Source of the DNA: an uncultured delta proteobacterium
GTDB lineage: Bacteria > Desulfobacterota > Desulfobacteria > Desulfobacterales > JAFDCJ01
Assembly (NCBI GenBank): GCA_963769935.1
Contig: CAVYNY010000016.1
Span: 64,001-128,000, forward strand
DNA: 64,000 nt
Reading direction: 5' to 3'
Shown here: positions 18,809-30,020 of the stretch, one piece after another
Layout of the letters: each line of letters begins with the position of its first letter
Position numbering within the stretch: the first letter of the stretch is position 1
Program-made: the position numbers and the translations under genes
Notes under the pieces: model-generated
The model's database searches: none
Seen by the model: the letters and a program-made list of their open reading frames with translations, nothing else
What the model was told of the DNA's origin: nothing

Positions 18809-21103
18809 ATGGCAGCAGCCCCTGCAGGCGCTTCGCAAGAGACTGAAGTTACATTCGCCCGTGACCTGGGTCTTTTTGATGCCACCATGATCGGAATCGG
18901 AGCCATGATCGGCGCCGGTATTTTTGTGCTCACCGGCATTGCCGCCGGTGAAGCGGGACCCGCGGCGCTGCTGGCATTTGGCCTCAACGGGCTGGTAACC
19001 CTGCTCACGGCCCTCTCATATGCCGAACTGGCCTCGGTCTATCCGAAATCAGGCGGCGGCTATTCCTTCATCACCAAAGCATTCCCCGGTCCGGCAGGGT
19101 TTGCCTCAGGGTGGATGCTGTGGTTTTGCTACATCATTGCGTGCGCGCTGTATGCGCTTGGATTCGGCAGCTATTTCTGGGAATTTATTCAGCGCTATTT
19201 TCCCGCCATCGCCGATCTTGTCTTCAATAACGCCGGTCACAAAGCCCCGGCACTGACGATGACCGTTTTGGTGAACATCATTTTTATTCTTGTCAATATG
19301 CGGGGCACGGCCTTAACCGGCAGCGTTGAAAATATCATCACAATGGCCAAAATAATCATTCTCGGTATATTTATCGCTTATGGGCTGAAGCGAATTTTTC
19401 AAATCCCCGGCGAAGCAGCGGCAAACTTTACGCCCTTTCTGCCGAACGGTGCCGGCAGTGTGGTCATCGCCATGGGGTTGACATTCATCGCCTTTGAAGG
19501 CTATGACCTGATCGCAACCGTTGCCGAAGAGATCAAAGCGCCTGAAAAAACCATTCCGCGGGCCACGTTGATTTCTCTGAGCGTCACCGTCTTCATCTAT
19601 CTGATGATCCTGCTGGTTTGCATTGGAGCCATTCAACCCGATTCGGGCAAATCCTGGGAGTTTCTGGGTCGGTATCAGGAAACGGCCATTGCCAAGGCGG
19701 CGCAGAACTTCATGCCGCTTTTTGGTGTGGCGCTGATTATCTTCGGGGGGTTGCTTTCAACAATATCCGCTTTAAACGCAACCATCTTGGCCTCATCGCG
19801 GGTGGCCTTTTCCATGAGTCGCGACAAAATGCTGCCGGTGTCCCTGAGCACGATCCATGCCCGGCGTCGCACACCGCATATTGCCATTGCGGTCACCGGG
19901 GTGATTGTCCTCGTCATGGCATTGCTTTTCCCGATTCACGTGATCGGGTCCGCTGCCAGTGTTATGTTTTTGCTGACATTTACCCTGGTCAATCTCTCAC
20001 TCATCGCGCTGCGCCGCAAGTTCCCGGAATTGAAAGGCGGGTTTCGGGTGCCGCTATATCCGGCGACCCCGATTGTCGCCATCGCGCTCAACATGTTTCT
20101 GGCGGTCTATCAGTTCAATTTCGATCCCCGGGCCTGGTATATTGCCATGGCCTGGATCATCGTCGGTTTGTTCATTTACTTTATGTACTTTGAAAAAGTC
20201 TCGGCTGCCGATATGCCCCAGGTGCTCGAAGTCCAGCAGCCGAAAAGTCCGAACAGCTATTCGTATCGCATCCTGGTTCCACTTCATAACCCCGATCACG
20301 TGGTCCCTCTGATGAAACTGGCCATTCCCGTTGCCAAGGCCCACCAGGGCGAAATCATCGTGCTTGGCGTCACCGATGTTCCGATCAACCTTCCGCCTCA
20401 TGAAGGGATGCGATTTGTCCATCACAAAACGCCGCTTCTGAGAAAAGCGATCGAGTACGGCAACGAGCAGGGCGTCGAAACCCGCTCGGCGGTCCGCATT
20501 GCGCATCAAGTGTGGGACGGAATTCTCCATGCCGCCGAAGCGGAAAAGGCAACCCTCATCCTGATGGGCTGGAAAGGCTTCACCACCACCCGCGACCGGA
20601 TTATGGGCGAAGTCACCGATAAAGTTGTCAGGTATGCCCCCTGTGATCTTATCACGGTGAAACTGATGGGAGATCATCCGATCCGGCGCATACTGATCAC
20701 AACGGCCGGCGGTCCGCATGCGGCGCTAGCTGCCGAATATATGGGAATATACCACGACACGGAAGGATACGAGGTGACGTGCTGCTACGTGGTGGAACCC
20801 GGTTCAGGGGATGGCGATCGCGAAACAGCCCGCCAATGGATTCAGAAGACCATCCATCTCACCAATCTGGAAGGCAAGGCCGACATGCGCCTCCTGGAAG
20901 GCAAAAGAGTGGCGACAACGCTGGTCAAGGCGGCGGCGGATTACGATATGATCGCCCTGGGGGCATCCCGGGAAGGGGTCTTCTCAAATGTGCTGTTCGG
21001 TGAAATCCCGGAAAAGGTTGCCCGGTACTCCAAGTCACCGGTAATGATCGTGCAGCGCTACGAAGGTCCGGTCAAATCGCTCGTAAAAAGGATAATGGGA
21101 TAG
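18809..21103 (+). CDS. APC-family amino acid permease with two C-terminal universal stress protein domains
   Basis: GAMIGAGIF, YAELAS..PKSGGGY, FIAFEG, about 12 TM helices, then RILVPL...LILMGW and DMIALGAS USP motifs. Confidence 0.88.
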   Translation: MAAAPAGASQETEVTFARDLGLFDATMIGIGAMIGAGIFVLTGIAAGEAGPAALLAFGLNGLVTLLTALSYAELASVYPKSGGGYSFITKAFPGPAGFASGWMLWFCYIIACALYALGFGSYFWEFIQRYFPAIADLVFNNAGHKAPALTMTVLVNIIFILVNMRGTALTGSVENIITMAKIIILGIFIAYGLKRIFQIPGEAAANFTPFLPNGAGSVVIAMGLTFIAFEGYDLIATVAEEIKAPEKTIPRATLISLSVTVFIYLMILLVCIGAIQPDSGKSWEFLGRYQETAIAKAAQNFMPLFGVALIIFGGLLSTISALNATILASSRVAFSMSRDKMLPVSLSTIHARRRTPHIAIAVTGVIVLVMALLFPIHVIGSAASVMFLLTFTLVNLSLIALRRKFPELKGGFRVPLYPATPIVAIALNMFLAVYQFNFDPRAWYIAMAWIIVGLFIYFMYFEKVSAADMPQVLEVQQPKSPNSYSYRILVPLHNPDHVVPLMKLAIPVAKAHQGEIIVLGVTDVPINLPPHEGMRFVHHKTPLLRKAIEYGNEQGVETRSAVRIAHQVWDGILHAAEAEKATLILMGWKGFTTTRDRIMGEVTDKVVRYAPCDLITVKLMGDHPIRRILITTAGGPHAALAAEYMGIYHDTEGYEVTCCYVVEPGSGDGDRETARQWIQKTIHLTNLEGKADMRLLEGKRVATTLVKAAADYDMIALGASREGVFSNVLFGEIPEKVARYSKSPVMIVQRYEGPVKSLVKRIMG

Positions 21104-21202
21104 CAGTTACCCTGAAATCCGATCGATCACCGTTAGATCCGATTATCTCGTTTTGAAGTATATATTCCCAAAATGGCATGTCTCCCCCTCCCCTCAAAAG
21201 AG

Positions 21203-21230
21203 AAAGGCCCAACATTTCTATTGGACCTTT
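21203..21230 (-). terminator. Intrinsic terminator downstream of tRNA-Asn
   Basis: AAAGGTCCAA...TTGGGCCTTT hairpin followed by CTCTTTT on the minus strand. Confidence 0.55.
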
Positions 21231-21236
21231 AAAAAT

Positions 21237-21312
21237 TGGCTCCCCGGGTAGGACTCGAACCTACAACCTAGTGGTTAACAGCCACCCGCTCTGCCTATTG
21301 AGCTACCGAGGA
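21237..21312 (-). tRNA. tRNA-Asn (GUU)
   Basis: TCCTCGGTAGCTCAATAGGCAGAGCGGGTGGCT-GTT-AACCACTAGGTTGTAGGTTCGAGTCCTACCCGGGGAGCCA. 76 nt cloverleaf with encoded CCA. Confidence 0.97.
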
Positions 21313-21382
21313 TCAATTTGAACGACCTTATTTAGTTAAATAATCAATTGATGTCAAGACAAATTTGAATGTCATGCTGTTT

Positions 21383-23185
21383 TCAATTGTCCTGGCTTGT
21401 CTGAATACCCGGCCGCAGTTTCAGGTGCAGCTCCTCCAGCTGCTCCTTGGCGGTGGTGGAAGGCGCCCCGGTCAGCAGGCAGGCGGCTTTCTGGGTTTTG
21501 GGAAAGGCGATGACATCCCGAATGGAAGCTTCTCCGCACATTAGCATGACCAGCCGGTCAACTCCGAGGGCAATTCCCCCGTGGGGCGGCGCCCCGGAAT
21601 CCAGCGCCGAAAGCAGGAAACCGAATTTTTCTTCATAGGTTTCCCGGTTCATTCCCAGCGCTTTAAATACCTTTTCCTGAACCTCGCGTTGATGAATCCG
21701 GATGCTGCCGCCGCCGATTTCAAATCCGTTTAACACCAGATCATAAGCACGGGACTGCACCGCCAGGGGATCATTTTCCAGCTTGGCATAGTCTTCTTCC
21801 AATGGAGAAGTAAATGGGTGATGCAGAGCCTGGTAACGTTTTTCGGTTTCATCGTATTCAAACATGGGAAAACGGGTAACCCATAAAAATCTGAATTCTT
21901 TCTCATCAATCAGGTTGAGTTTTTGGCCCAGATGATTTCTCAGGTTCCCCAGGGATTCATTAACCACCTTGGGCCGGTCGGCTACAAAAAAGACAAGATC
22001 GCCGGGCACCATCCGGATGCGTTCGGCCAGGGCCCGTTTTTCATCGTCGGTAAAAAATTTCGCAATCGGGCTCTGCCATTCATTCTCTTTGACTTTAATC
22101 CAGGCCATGCCTTTGGCCCGATACACGGCGACAAAATCGGTCAGATCGTCGATTTCCTTGCGTGAAAAATTAATACATCCCTTGGCATTCAAGGCCTTGA
22201 CGATACCGCCTTTTTTGACGACCTCGGAAAAGACCTTAAACCCGGAGCCCGCGACAATATCCGAGACATCATTCAGCTCAAGATCAAAGCGCGTGTCGGG
22301 TTTGTCCAGGCCGAAGCGTCCCACCGCCTCCTCATATGTCAACCGCGCAACAGGGGTTGTTATGTCCAGATTCAGCACTTCTTTAAAGAGGGTGGTCATC
22401 ATCCCCTCCGTCAGGTTCATCACATCTTCTTCACCCACAAAGGACATTTCGATATCGATTTGGGTAAACTCCGGTTGGCGGTCGGCGCGAAGATCTTCAT
22501 CCCGGAAACAGCGCACTATCTGGTAATAGCGGTCGAAGCCGGCGATCATAAAAAGCTGCTTGAATAACTGGGGCGACTGCGGCAGCGCATAAAACTGACC
22601 GGGATTGACCCGGCTGGGCACCAGGTAGTCCCGGGCGCCTTCCGGGGTACTGCGTGTCAGAAACGGCGTTTCAAGATCCAGAAATCCCTGACTGTTCAAA
22701 TAACTGCGTACGGAAGTGGTGGCCCTGTGTCTGAAGATAAGATTTTTTTGCATCTGAGGGCGCCGCAAATCCAAATGGCGGAATTTGAGACGAGTCAATT
22801 CCGACACTTCGATATCGTCCTCGATTCCAAAAGCCGGGGTTATAGCCGGGTTTAATATTTTAAGCTCCGTGACCATCACCTCGATCTCGCCGGTTTTCAG
22901 GTTGGGATTGACCATGCCTTCCGGTCGCGGCTCGACGTTGCCCCGCACGGCCAGTACATATTCATTTCGAATCTCATGGGCCTTGGCATGGACGGTTTGG
23001 TCGACCTCGGGGTTGAAAACTACCTGGGTGAGGCCCTCACGATCGCGTAGATCCACAAAAATCACGCCCCCGTGGTCCCGCCGGCGCAGGACCCAGCCCA
23101 TCAAAACCACTTCCTGGCCGATATTACCGGCGCTCAGTTCGCAACAGCTATGCGTTCGCCGCATATCTCCTAATTGGTCGGACAA
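21383..23185 (-). CDS. aspS: Aspartate--tRNA(Asp/Asn) ligase
   Basis: [42 protein letters not shown]. Confidence 0.97.
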   Translation of the reverse strand: MSDQLGDMRRTHSCCELSAGNIGQEVVLMGWVLRRRDHGGVIFVDLRDREGLTQVVFNPEVDQTVHAKAHEIRNEYVLAVRGNVEPRPEGMVNPNLKTGEIEVMVTELKILNPAITPAFGIEDDIEVSELTRLKFRHLDLRRPQMQKNLIFRHRATTSVRSYLNSQGFLDLETPFLTRSTPEGARDYLVPSRVNPGQFYALPQSPQLFKQLFMIAGFDRYYQIVRCFRDEDLRADRQPEFTQIDIEMSFVGEEDVMNLTEGMMTTLFKEVLNLDITTPVARLTYEEAVGRFGLDKPDTRFDLELNDVSDIVAGSGFKVFSEVVKKGGIVKALNAKGCINFSRKEIDDLTDFVAVYRAKGMAWIKVKENEWQSPIAKFFTDDEKRALAERIRMVPGDLVFFVADRPKVVNESLGNLRNHLGQKLNLIDEKEFRFLWVTRFPMFEYDETEKRYQALHHPFTSPLEEDYAKLENDPLAVQSRAYDLVLNGFEIGGGSIRIHQREVQEKVFKALGMNRETYEEKFGFLLSALDSGAPPHGGIALGVDRLVMLMCGEASIRDVIAFPKTQKAACLLTGAPSTTAKEQLEELHLKLRPGIQTSQDN

Positions 23186-23201
23186 CTTATTATTGCTCCT
23201 T

Positions 23202-24455
23202 TCAGCGAATTATATTCTTGATGGTTTGAATTATATTATCTAAAGGCACTGAGATTTGTTCTTTATTTTCCATATTCCGCAGTATCGCCGTTCTCTCCTT
23301 CAACTCGTTGTCCCCCAGAATCATAACGTAGGAAGCGCCCAGCCGGTCGGCGCGCTTCATCTGGCTTTTAAGGCTGTTGTCGCTGAAATCCATCTCAACC
23401 CGAATACTTTCCAGGCCCAGCTTGCACATCCACTCAAATGCCCGCGTTTGACTTTTAGCGCCCAAGGCCGCCACAAAAAGGTCCGGCTTTTGGATCGGCA
23501 CCGATGCATTCAATGCGGCCAGTTCCGCCAGTCTGTCAAATCCGACGGCAAAACCGGTGGCCGGGATATCGGGCCCCCCCAGTTCTTTTACCAGATTGTC
23601 GTAGCGGCCGCCGCCGGCCACTGCGCTCTGGGCACCCAGGGAAGTTGTCTGAATCTCAAAAGCGGTGCGGGTGTAGTAATCGAGCCCGCGCACCAGCTGT
23701 CCGTCAATGACATAGGTCACATCAAGCCGGGTCAACGCTTGCCGAACCTGATCGAAATCAGTCCGGCACTCCCCACACAGGTGGTCCAGGATGGAAGGCG
23801 CACCCGTTAAAGCCTCCCGGCAGGAGGGAACCTTACAGTCCAGAACCCGCAACGGATTGCGGTCCCGCCGGCGAATACAGTCCGGACACAGCCGATCGCC
23901 GACAGTCAGCAAAAAGTCACTCAGGGCCTTTTTGAAATGCGGCCGGCATTGGGGGCAGCCCAGGGAATTGATGCGGGCTTCAACATCCTGCAGTTTCAGC
24001 CGCGTGCAAAGTGTCACCAATAAATATATCAACTGGACATCCACCAGACCGGATTGCACACCGAAAATCTCGGCATCGATCTGATAAAATTGCCGGTACC
24101 TGCCCTTCTGCGGTCGTTCGCGCCGAAACATCGGCCCAATCATGTAGAATTTTTTAACCGGATCCTGATTATATAATTTGTGCTGGATATACGCGCGGCA
24201 AATCGAGGCGGTGGCCTCAGGTCTCAGCGTCACCAACTCCCCTCCGCGGTCGGGAAAAGTATACATCTCCTTTTCGACAATATCCGTATCTTCGCCGATG
24301 CCGCGTTTAAAAAGTTCGGTGCGTTCCATGATCGGAATCCGAATCTCACTGAAGCCGAAATCTTCAAAAAGCTTTCGTGCGACCCTTTCGATCTCCTGCC
24401 AGAGTTCCACTTCACCGGGTAGGATATCCTTAAATCCTCGAATCAACTGTATCAT
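23202..24455 (-). CDS. hisS: Histidine--tRNA ligase
   Basis: [35 protein letters not shown]. Confidence 0.97.
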   Translation of the reverse strand: MIQLIRGFKDILPGEVELWQEIERVARKLFEDFGFSEIRIPIMERTELFKRGIGEDTDIVEKEMYTFPDRGGELVTLRPEATASICRAYIQHKLYNQDPVKKFYMIGPMFRRERPQKGRYRQFYQIDAEIFGVQSGLVDVQLIYLLVTLCTRLKLQDVEARINSLGCPQCRPHFKKALSDFLLTVGDRLCPDCIRRRDRNPLRVLDCKVPSCREALTGAPSILDHLCGECRTDFDQVRQALTRLDVTYVIDGQLVRGLDYYTRTAFEIQTTSLGAQSAVAGGGRYDNLVKELGGPDIPATGFAVGFDRLAELAALNASVPIQKPDLFVAALGAKSQTRAFEWMCKLGLESIRVEMDFSDNSLKSQMKRADRLGASYVMILGDNELKERTAILRNMENKEQISVPLDNIIQTIKNIIR

Positions 24456-24546
24456 GCGAATCGTTTAAACCCCGCTGCCAAGAATATTTCAGTCTTCTTT
24501 TAGACCCTACGGCGATTTATCTAACAACGTGTTGCCAGAAACTTAA

Positions 24547-24703
24547 GGTTTCAGGTGTCAGCGGCGCCGCTGGCCTGAAAACCGGCCAGCTTGATCGATA
24601 TCCCAAACTTGTTTTAGAATGAGTCTAAAAAAATAGAAGGGGGCACAGGTGGTCAGGGATGTATTTTCTTTCTCCCGACATCCGATTCCTGAAACCTGAA
24701 ACC
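24547..24703. repeat. Inverted-repeat element, TTTCAGG/TGTCAG family
   Basis: ggtttcaggtgtcag ... cctgaaacctgaaacc. Same family at 39241, 43302, 52585 and 59351. Confidence 0.7.
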
Positions 24704-24838
24704 CATCCGTATCACGCCGACCCCCGAAGCGGGGTCTCCGCTCCGAATGGCTTGTCCAGGTTAGTTTAGCAATGCATAAGTTGGTATTATTAGCTCATTA
24801 AACAATTTAAAGTCAATATTAATATTTTCTTTTTAAAC

Positions 24839-24867
24839 TTGACACCTTAGGTGCTTTTGCTTATAAA
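24839..24867 (+). promoter_or_regulatory. Putative sigma-70 promoter of the P1 hydrolase/ABC/pan cluster
   Basis: TTGACA-17 nt-TATAAA, 33 nt upstream of ATG 24901. Confidence 0.6.
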
Positions 24868-24900
24868 AATCAATTTTATAGATCGAATGATCAGGAGCAA

Positions 24901-25908
24901 ATGTTGGCAAAGCCGGGCAAGCAAAATTCCCTAACGGATATCGAAGGGATTCTGGTTGGAAATTATACGGATCAGAAGGCGGTCAGCGGAGTGACGGTGG
25001 TCCTCTGCCCGCAAGGTGCTGTCGCCGGTGTGGATGTGAGAGGCTCTGCTCCGGGAACCAGAGAAACCGATGTGTTGGCCCCCAACAATCTGGTCGAGCA
25101 GGTTCAGGCTGTTGTTCTGGCCGGCGGCTCCGTTTTCGGGCTGTCGGCCTGCGATGGGGTGACCCGCTGGCTGGCCGAAAAAGGTTATGGTTTTCCGCTC
25201 GATCAGGGATATGTCGCGCCGATCGTACCGGCCGCCGTGCTTTACGATTTAGGTCGCGGCGCGCAATTTATTCCACCTATCAACGGGGATTGGGGCCGTT
25301 TCGCCTGTGAAGGGGCCGGCGATTTTCCGGTGGAAATGGGTTGTGTCGGTGCCGGAACCGGCGCATTGGCCGGCAGCATAAAAGGCGGACTGGGTACGGC
25401 CAGTCTTTTGTTGGACAGCGGAATCACCGTAGCGGTCGTAGTGGCCGTCAACCCGGACGGCTCGGTTGTCAATCCTGCCGACGGCCGTCCCTGGGAAATC
25501 GGCCGGGAAATCAATGGAGAATTCGGTCGGCAGGGAAAACGTGCCGTGAGGTTGCCGCCCAAACCGACGCCCGGTCCCATCCGAAATACCACAATCGGAG
25601 TCGTGGCAACGGATGCCGTTCTTACCAAGCCGCAGGCCCAAAAGGTCGCTCAGATGGCCCACGACGGTATGGCCAGGGCAATTCGCCCGGCCCACACCAT
25701 GTTTGACGGCGACACCGTATTCTGCCTGGCCACCGGCAAGCAGGAACTGCCCCCAGCACCCGGAATTTTTGCCGTGCCCAAAGCGCAAAGCCTGAATGAA
25801 ATCGGCCATGCCGCCGCCGACTGTATGTCCCGAGCAATTATCCACGCCATTTTGCATGCGCATTCTATTGCGGGCATGATCGCATTTTGCGATCTGGACG
25901 ATTTTTAG
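24901..25908 (+). CDS. P1/S58 (DmpA-like) self-processing Ntn hydrolase, Thr-nucleophile (NTT) subtype
   Basis: VDVRGSAPGTRET, LAGGSVFGL, VGAGTGA, KGGLG, RNTTIGVVATDA, AHDGMARAIRPAHTMFDGD. Confidence 0.9.
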   Translation: MLAKPGKQNSLTDIEGILVGNYTDQKAVSGVTVVLCPQGAVAGVDVRGSAPGTRETDVLAPNNLVEQVQAVVLAGGSVFGLSACDGVTRWLAEKGYGFPLDQGYVAPIVPAAVLYDLGRGAQFIPPINGDWGRFACEGAGDFPVEMGCVGAGTGALAGSIKGGLGTASLLLDSGITVAVVVAVNPDGSVVNPADGRPWEIGREINGEFGRQGKRAVRLPPKPTPGPIRNTTIGVVATDAVLTKPQAQKVAQMAHDGMARAIRPAHTMFDGDTVFCLATGKQELPPAPGIFAVPKAQSLNEIGHAAADCMSRAIIHAILHAHSIAGMIAFCDLDDF

Positions 25909-25952
25909 AGCCTTAAATTTAATATCTTTGGCTTTTATAAAAAAAATATTTT

Positions 25953-26072
25953 CACCACGAAAACACGAAATCTTGAAAGCACGAAATTTAACTTGCCTTT
26001 TTTTCGTGTTTTCGCCCGCCCCGTTAAACCTTTTTTCTCTGTTTAACCGGGGTCCTTTCGTGCTTTCGTGAT
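25953..26072. repeat. Inverted-repeat element, CACGAAA family
   Basis: cacgaaaacacgaaa...cacgaaa versus tttcgtgttttcg...tttcgtgctttcgtg. Second copy at 51626. Confidence 0.75.
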
Positions 26073-26143
26073 TAAGTTCTTTTTTGGTTCGGACTTGTCC
26101 GGATTAAGAAGAAGTTGACAAATTCAGAAAAGGAGATTGAATA

Positions 26144-27640
26144 ATGAAAAAGTTTCTATTGATTTCGATGGTACTGGCCCTCATGGTTCCAGTGCAGGGG
26201 TCTTTGGCCGCCACCCCGCAAAAAGGCGGGAATCTGGTTCTGTGTGTGGGCGACGAACCACCGGGACTGGATCCCACCGCCAGCGCCTCCGCCGCCATTG
26301 ATCGGGTGGTTTACGCCAACATTATGGAGGGTCTGGTCAAGGTCGACAGCAACGGCCGATTTGTGCCGGGTTTGGCCACCAAATGGGACGTATCGCCCGA
26401 CGGCAAGGTTTACACCTTCCACCTGCGCCAAGGCGTCACCTTCCACAACGGGGAAGCTTTCAATGCCCAGGTGGCCAAGTGGAACCTGGAACGCGGTGCG
26501 GCCGAAGGCACCAAGAACGCCCATCCGGAATTTTTCCGTGTTATTGAAACCATCGCAGCCCCCGACAACAACACGCTGAAAGTAACCCTCAAGGATGTGG
26601 ATGCCCTGTTCATCGTCCATATGGCCGAGGGGGATGCGGTCATGCTGCCGATGAAGGGCTTTGAAAACATGGCTGCCGAGCCGATCGGGACCGGGCCGTT
26701 CAAGTTCGCGAAATGGACGCGGGGCGACAGCGTGGAAATGGTCAGGTACGATAAATACTGGAACCCGGCCCTGCCCTATCTGGACAAGGTGACCTACCGA
26801 TTTATCAAGGACCCCAGCGCCCAGGTTGCGGCCTTGAAGGCCGGCGACGTCGATCTGATAGGCTGGCTCTTTGCCCCCGAACTGGCGACGGACATCGCCA
26901 GGGATAAGCGCTTCAAGGTGCTCGCCGGTGCTTCCACTTCCGAAGTTATCATGTCCACCAACAACAAGGCCAAACCTTTCGACAACAAGCTCGTACGCCA
27001 GGCCATGGCCTACGCCATCGATCGGCAGACCGTCATTGATTTGGTCATGGCCGGCTACGGCACCGTCATCGGATCGCACTGGCCGCCCATCACTCCCTAT
27101 TACAAGGATCTGACCGGCCTGTTCCCCTATAACCCGGAAAAAGCCAAAAAGCTGCTGGCCGAGGCCGGCTACCCGAACGGTTTTGAAGCGACCATCAAGC
27201 TGCCGGCCATCTATCCTTATAGCCAGCGCGCCGGCGAGGTGATCGCCGACATGCTGGGTCAAGTCGGCATCAAACTCAAGATCGAGATCGTGGAATGGGG
27301 CTACTGGCTGGATCGCATATTTAAGCAGCATGATTACCAGCTGTCCATGATCGGCCACGCGGAAGCCTGGGACATCGGCATTTATGCCAACCCGAACTAC
27401 TACTTCCAGTATGACTCCCAGGAGTTCCGCGATGCCTATGCCAAGGCGCTGAAGGCCCCCAACGAGGCGGAAAAAGCCAAGTGGTTCGGCCGCTGCCAGG
27501 AGATCGTGGCGGAAGACGCCGTCAACGGATTTCTCTTCCTGTCGCCGGCGCTTTCAGCCATGAAGGTGGAACTGATGGGCTGGTGGAAGAATTATCCCAC
27601 CATCGCCATGGATTGCACACAAGTATGGTGGCAAAAGTAA
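26144..27640 (+). CDS. Peptide/nickel-type ABC transporter substrate-binding protein (SBP family 5)
   Basis: Signal peptide, LDP, YTFHLRQGVTFHNGE, PIGTGPF, VRQAMAYAIDR. Confidence 0.92.
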   Translation: MKKFLLISMVLALMVPVQGSLAATPQKGGNLVLCVGDEPPGLDPTASASAAIDRVVYANIMEGLVKVDSNGRFVPGLATKWDVSPDGKVYTFHLRQGVTFHNGEAFNAQVAKWNLERGAAEGTKNAHPEFFRVIETIAAPDNNTLKVTLKDVDALFIVHMAEGDAVMLPMKGFENMAAEPIGTGPFKFAKWTRGDSVEMVRYDKYWNPALPYLDKVTYRFIKDPSAQVAALKAGDVDLIGWLFAPELATDIARDKRFKVLAGASTSEVIMSTNNKAKPFDNKLVRQAMAYAIDRQTVIDLVMAGYGTVIGSHWPPITPYYKDLTGLFPYNPEKAKKLLAEAGYPNGFEATIKLPAIYPYSQRAGEVIADMLGQVGIKLKIEIVEWGYWLDRIFKQHDYQLSMIGHAEAWDIGIYANPNYYFQYDSQEFRDAYAKALKAPNEAEKAKWFGRCQEIVAEDAVNGFLFLSPALSAMKVELMGWWKNYPTIAMDCTQVWWQK

Positions 27641-27685
27641 AGCCTGCTGACTTCTCAAATCGGTAAAAACCGGTATAAAAACGAA

Positions 27686-27715
27686 CGGGCAGTCCCGGTT
27701 CGCGGGGGCTGCCCG
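27686..27715 (+). terminator. GC-rich hairpin after the SBP gene (terminator or mRNA stabiliser)
   Basis: CGGGCAGTCCC...GGGGCTGCCCG. Confidence 0.55.
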
Positions 27716-27726
27716 CTTTATCTGCC

Positions 27727-28671
27727 ATGCTGCGTTATTTTACAAAAAAGCTGATCACCCTGGTTCTGCTGCTTTTTCTGGTCTCGCTCACGGTGTTCTC
27801 GGTTCTCTTTGTCCTGCCCGGCGATCCGGCCCAGATCATACTCGGGATCAACGCCACGCCCGAGTCGCTGGCCAATCTGCGCGCCGAGCTGGGCCTGGAC
27901 AAATCTTTCATGGGTCAATACGCGGACTGGATCGGAGATCTCCTGCAGGGACGGAGCCAACAGTCCATCCATTACAAGATGCCGGTGTATGCGTTGATTC
28001 TTGACAGCCTGGCCGTGACCGGCCCGATGGCCCTTCTGGCCATGGTGTTCGCCCTGGCTATTTCACTGCCTTTGGGTATCTACGCCGCCCGGCATCAAAA
28101 TCAAACCGGCGACGTAACGGTCATGGTTTGCACCCAGCTCGGCCTGGCCACACCGGAATTCTGGTTTGGAATCCTGCTGACGCTGCTGTTCTCGGTCCAG
28201 TTGGGCTGGTTCTCGGCCGGCGGCTTCCCGGGCTGGAGCAAAGATTTCTGGGGATCCCTCAAAGCGCTGCTGCTGCCGGCCTTCGCCCTGGGTGTCATCC
28301 GCGCCTCCATCCTGACTCGGCTCACCCGCTCCTCCATGCTCGAAGTGCTGCGCGAGGATTACGTCCGCACGGCGCGGGCCAAGGGCCTCAGGGAACGGAC
28401 GGTGGTTTACGTGCATGCTCTGCGCAATGCTCTGGTTCCGGTTCTGACCATTATGGGGCTCCAACTCGGGCAGCTTTTGGCCGGCGCCATCATCATCGAA
28501 AACGTCTTCTTCCTGCCTGGACTGGGAAGACTGGTGTTCAACGCCATCGGGCAGCGCGACCTGCCGGTGGTTCGGGACATCGTGCTGTTTATGGCCGCAG
28601 CCGTCGTGCTGGTGAATTTTATAGTGGATATGGCCTACGCCTGGCTGGATCCCAGAATCCGGATAGAGTAA
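27727..28671 (+). CDS. Peptide ABC transporter permease (DppB-like)
   Basis: LPGDPA, EDYVRTARAKGL, HALRNAL. Confidence 0.92.
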   Translation: MLRYFTKKLITLVLLLFLVSLTVFSVLFVLPGDPAQIILGINATPESLANLRAELGLDKSFMGQYADWIGDLLQGRSQQSIHYKMPVYALILDSLAVTGPMALLAMVFALAISLPLGIYAARHQNQTGDVTVMVCTQLGLATPEFWFGILLTLLFSVQLGWFSAGGFPGWSKDFWGSLKALLLPAFALGVIRASILTRLTRSSMLEVLREDYVRTARAKGLRERTVVYVHALRNALVPVLTIMGLQLGQLLAGAIIIENVFFLPGLGRLVFNAIGQRDLPVVRDIVLFMAAAVVLVNFIVDMAYAWLDPRIRIE

Positions 28672-28858
28672 TTGAAAATTGAAGATTGTATATTGAATAT
28701 TTGAGGCCCGCCTGCGGCGGATCAGTTTTAAAATAACCGCAGTTGAAGGCCTCCTCTATAGGAACGGGACAAAGGTTCCGGAGGGCTTGCGGCCGGATGT
28801 CATGTTTAACTTTAGGATCTGTGCCCATCCGTGTTCATCCGTGTCCGAATATATTAAA

Positions 28859-29683
28859 ATGAAGCGATTTTTTAATAATAAAAACTTTACCGTCGGGTTT
28901 GTCCTGTCGGCGATAGTGGTCGTCGCGGCTCTGATCAGTCTGCTCTGGACGCCCTATGACGCCAATAAGATGAATGCCCCGCAGCGCCTGAAAGGACCTT
29001 CCTGGCAACATCCGCTGGGCACGGACCAATACGGCCGCGACACGCTCTCCCGGGTGATGGTGGGCGCGGGCAATTCGATCATCGTCGGACTGGTGACCGT
29101 AGCCATCGGACTGAGCGCCGGGGTCCTGCTGGGATTGGCGGCCGCCTACTACGGTAAGCTGGTGGACGAATCCATCATGCGGTTTTCGGACTTGCTGTTC
29201 GGTTTTCCGGCGGTGCTCACGGCGATTCTGATAACATCCATTATGGGACCTTCGATGATCAATGCCATGCTGGCCATTGGAATTTTCTACATCCCGGTGT
29301 TTGCCCGCCTGACCCGGGCCGTATCCCTGACCATCTGGGAGCGGGAGTTTATTGCCGCCGCCCGCGCCAGCGGTATCAGCGAATGGGCCATCACCTGGCG
29401 CCATGTGCTGCCCAATATTTTATCGACCCTGATAATCCAGGGGACCATTCAGTTTGCCGTGGCGATTCTGGCCGAGGCCGGCCTCAGTTACCTGGGGCTG
29501 GGCACTCAGCCGCCGAACGCCTCCTGGGGCCGCATGCTCAACGAGGCCCAGACCTATATGTCTTTGGCGCCCTGGATGGCAATTTTTCCGGGCCTGTCCA
29601 TCGCCTGGGCCGTACTGGGATTTAATTTGCTGGGAGATGGATTGAGGGATACATTGGACCCGAGGATGGTAAAGGTGCGATAG
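28859..29683 (+). CDS. Peptide ABC transporter permease (DppC-like)
   Basis: HPLGTDQYGRD, RHVLPN, NLLGDGLRDTLDPR. ATG 28859. Confidence 0.92.
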   Translation: MKRFFNNKNFTVGFVLSAIVVVAALISLLWTPYDANKMNAPQRLKGPSWQHPLGTDQYGRDTLSRVMVGAGNSIIVGLVTVAIGLSAGVLLGLAAAYYGKLVDESIMRFSDLLFGFPAVLTAILITSIMGPSMINAMLAIGIFYIPVFARLTRAVSLTIWEREFIAAARASGISEWAITWRHVLPNILSTLIIQGTIQFAVAILAEAGLSYLGLGTQPPNASWGRMLNEAQTYMSLAPWMAIFPGLSIAWAVLGFNLLGDGLRDTLDPRMVKVR

Positions 29684-29756
29684 TGTTGTGGCCCACAATT
29701 AGCTTAAAAAAACTGGAACTGGATAGATAAACTATAATTGCGTCTTTGAATATAAA

Positions 29757-29981
29757 AAATTCCAAGTTCCAAAAAAACAAATAACAAACAATATCCAAAT
29801 TCCAAGCTCCAATGACCCAAACAGGTTTTGAATTGCAGCAATATGCTTGCTGGGGTCTGAACTCAGGCAAAATGAAGTTTATCAGAAATTATCGAATAGA
29901 CATGATTTACTGTAATCTGAAATTTGTTTCGAATTTGAGTTTTGAGATTTATTTGAAATTTGGAATTTGAGATTTGGAATT
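29757..29981. repeat. Inverted-repeat element, AAATTCC/GGAATTT family
   Basis: aaattccaagttccaaa...caaattccaag versus atttggaatttgagatttggaattt. Second copy at 34590. Confidence 0.7.
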
Positions 29982-30020
29982 TTTTTCAGATTTCGTGAAC
30001 CGGCTTAGGAGTAAGGTTAC

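Noticed and set aside
21237..21262. tRNA-Asn 3' end as attachment site of an integrated element
   Set aside because: I found no duplicate of the tRNA 3' end and no integrase in the window.
26156..27358. 400-aa antisense ORF and similar long shadow ORFs (43662-44474, 30099-30845, 61917-62636)
   Set aside because: They are mirror frames of GC-rich, well-supported genes on the opposite strand.
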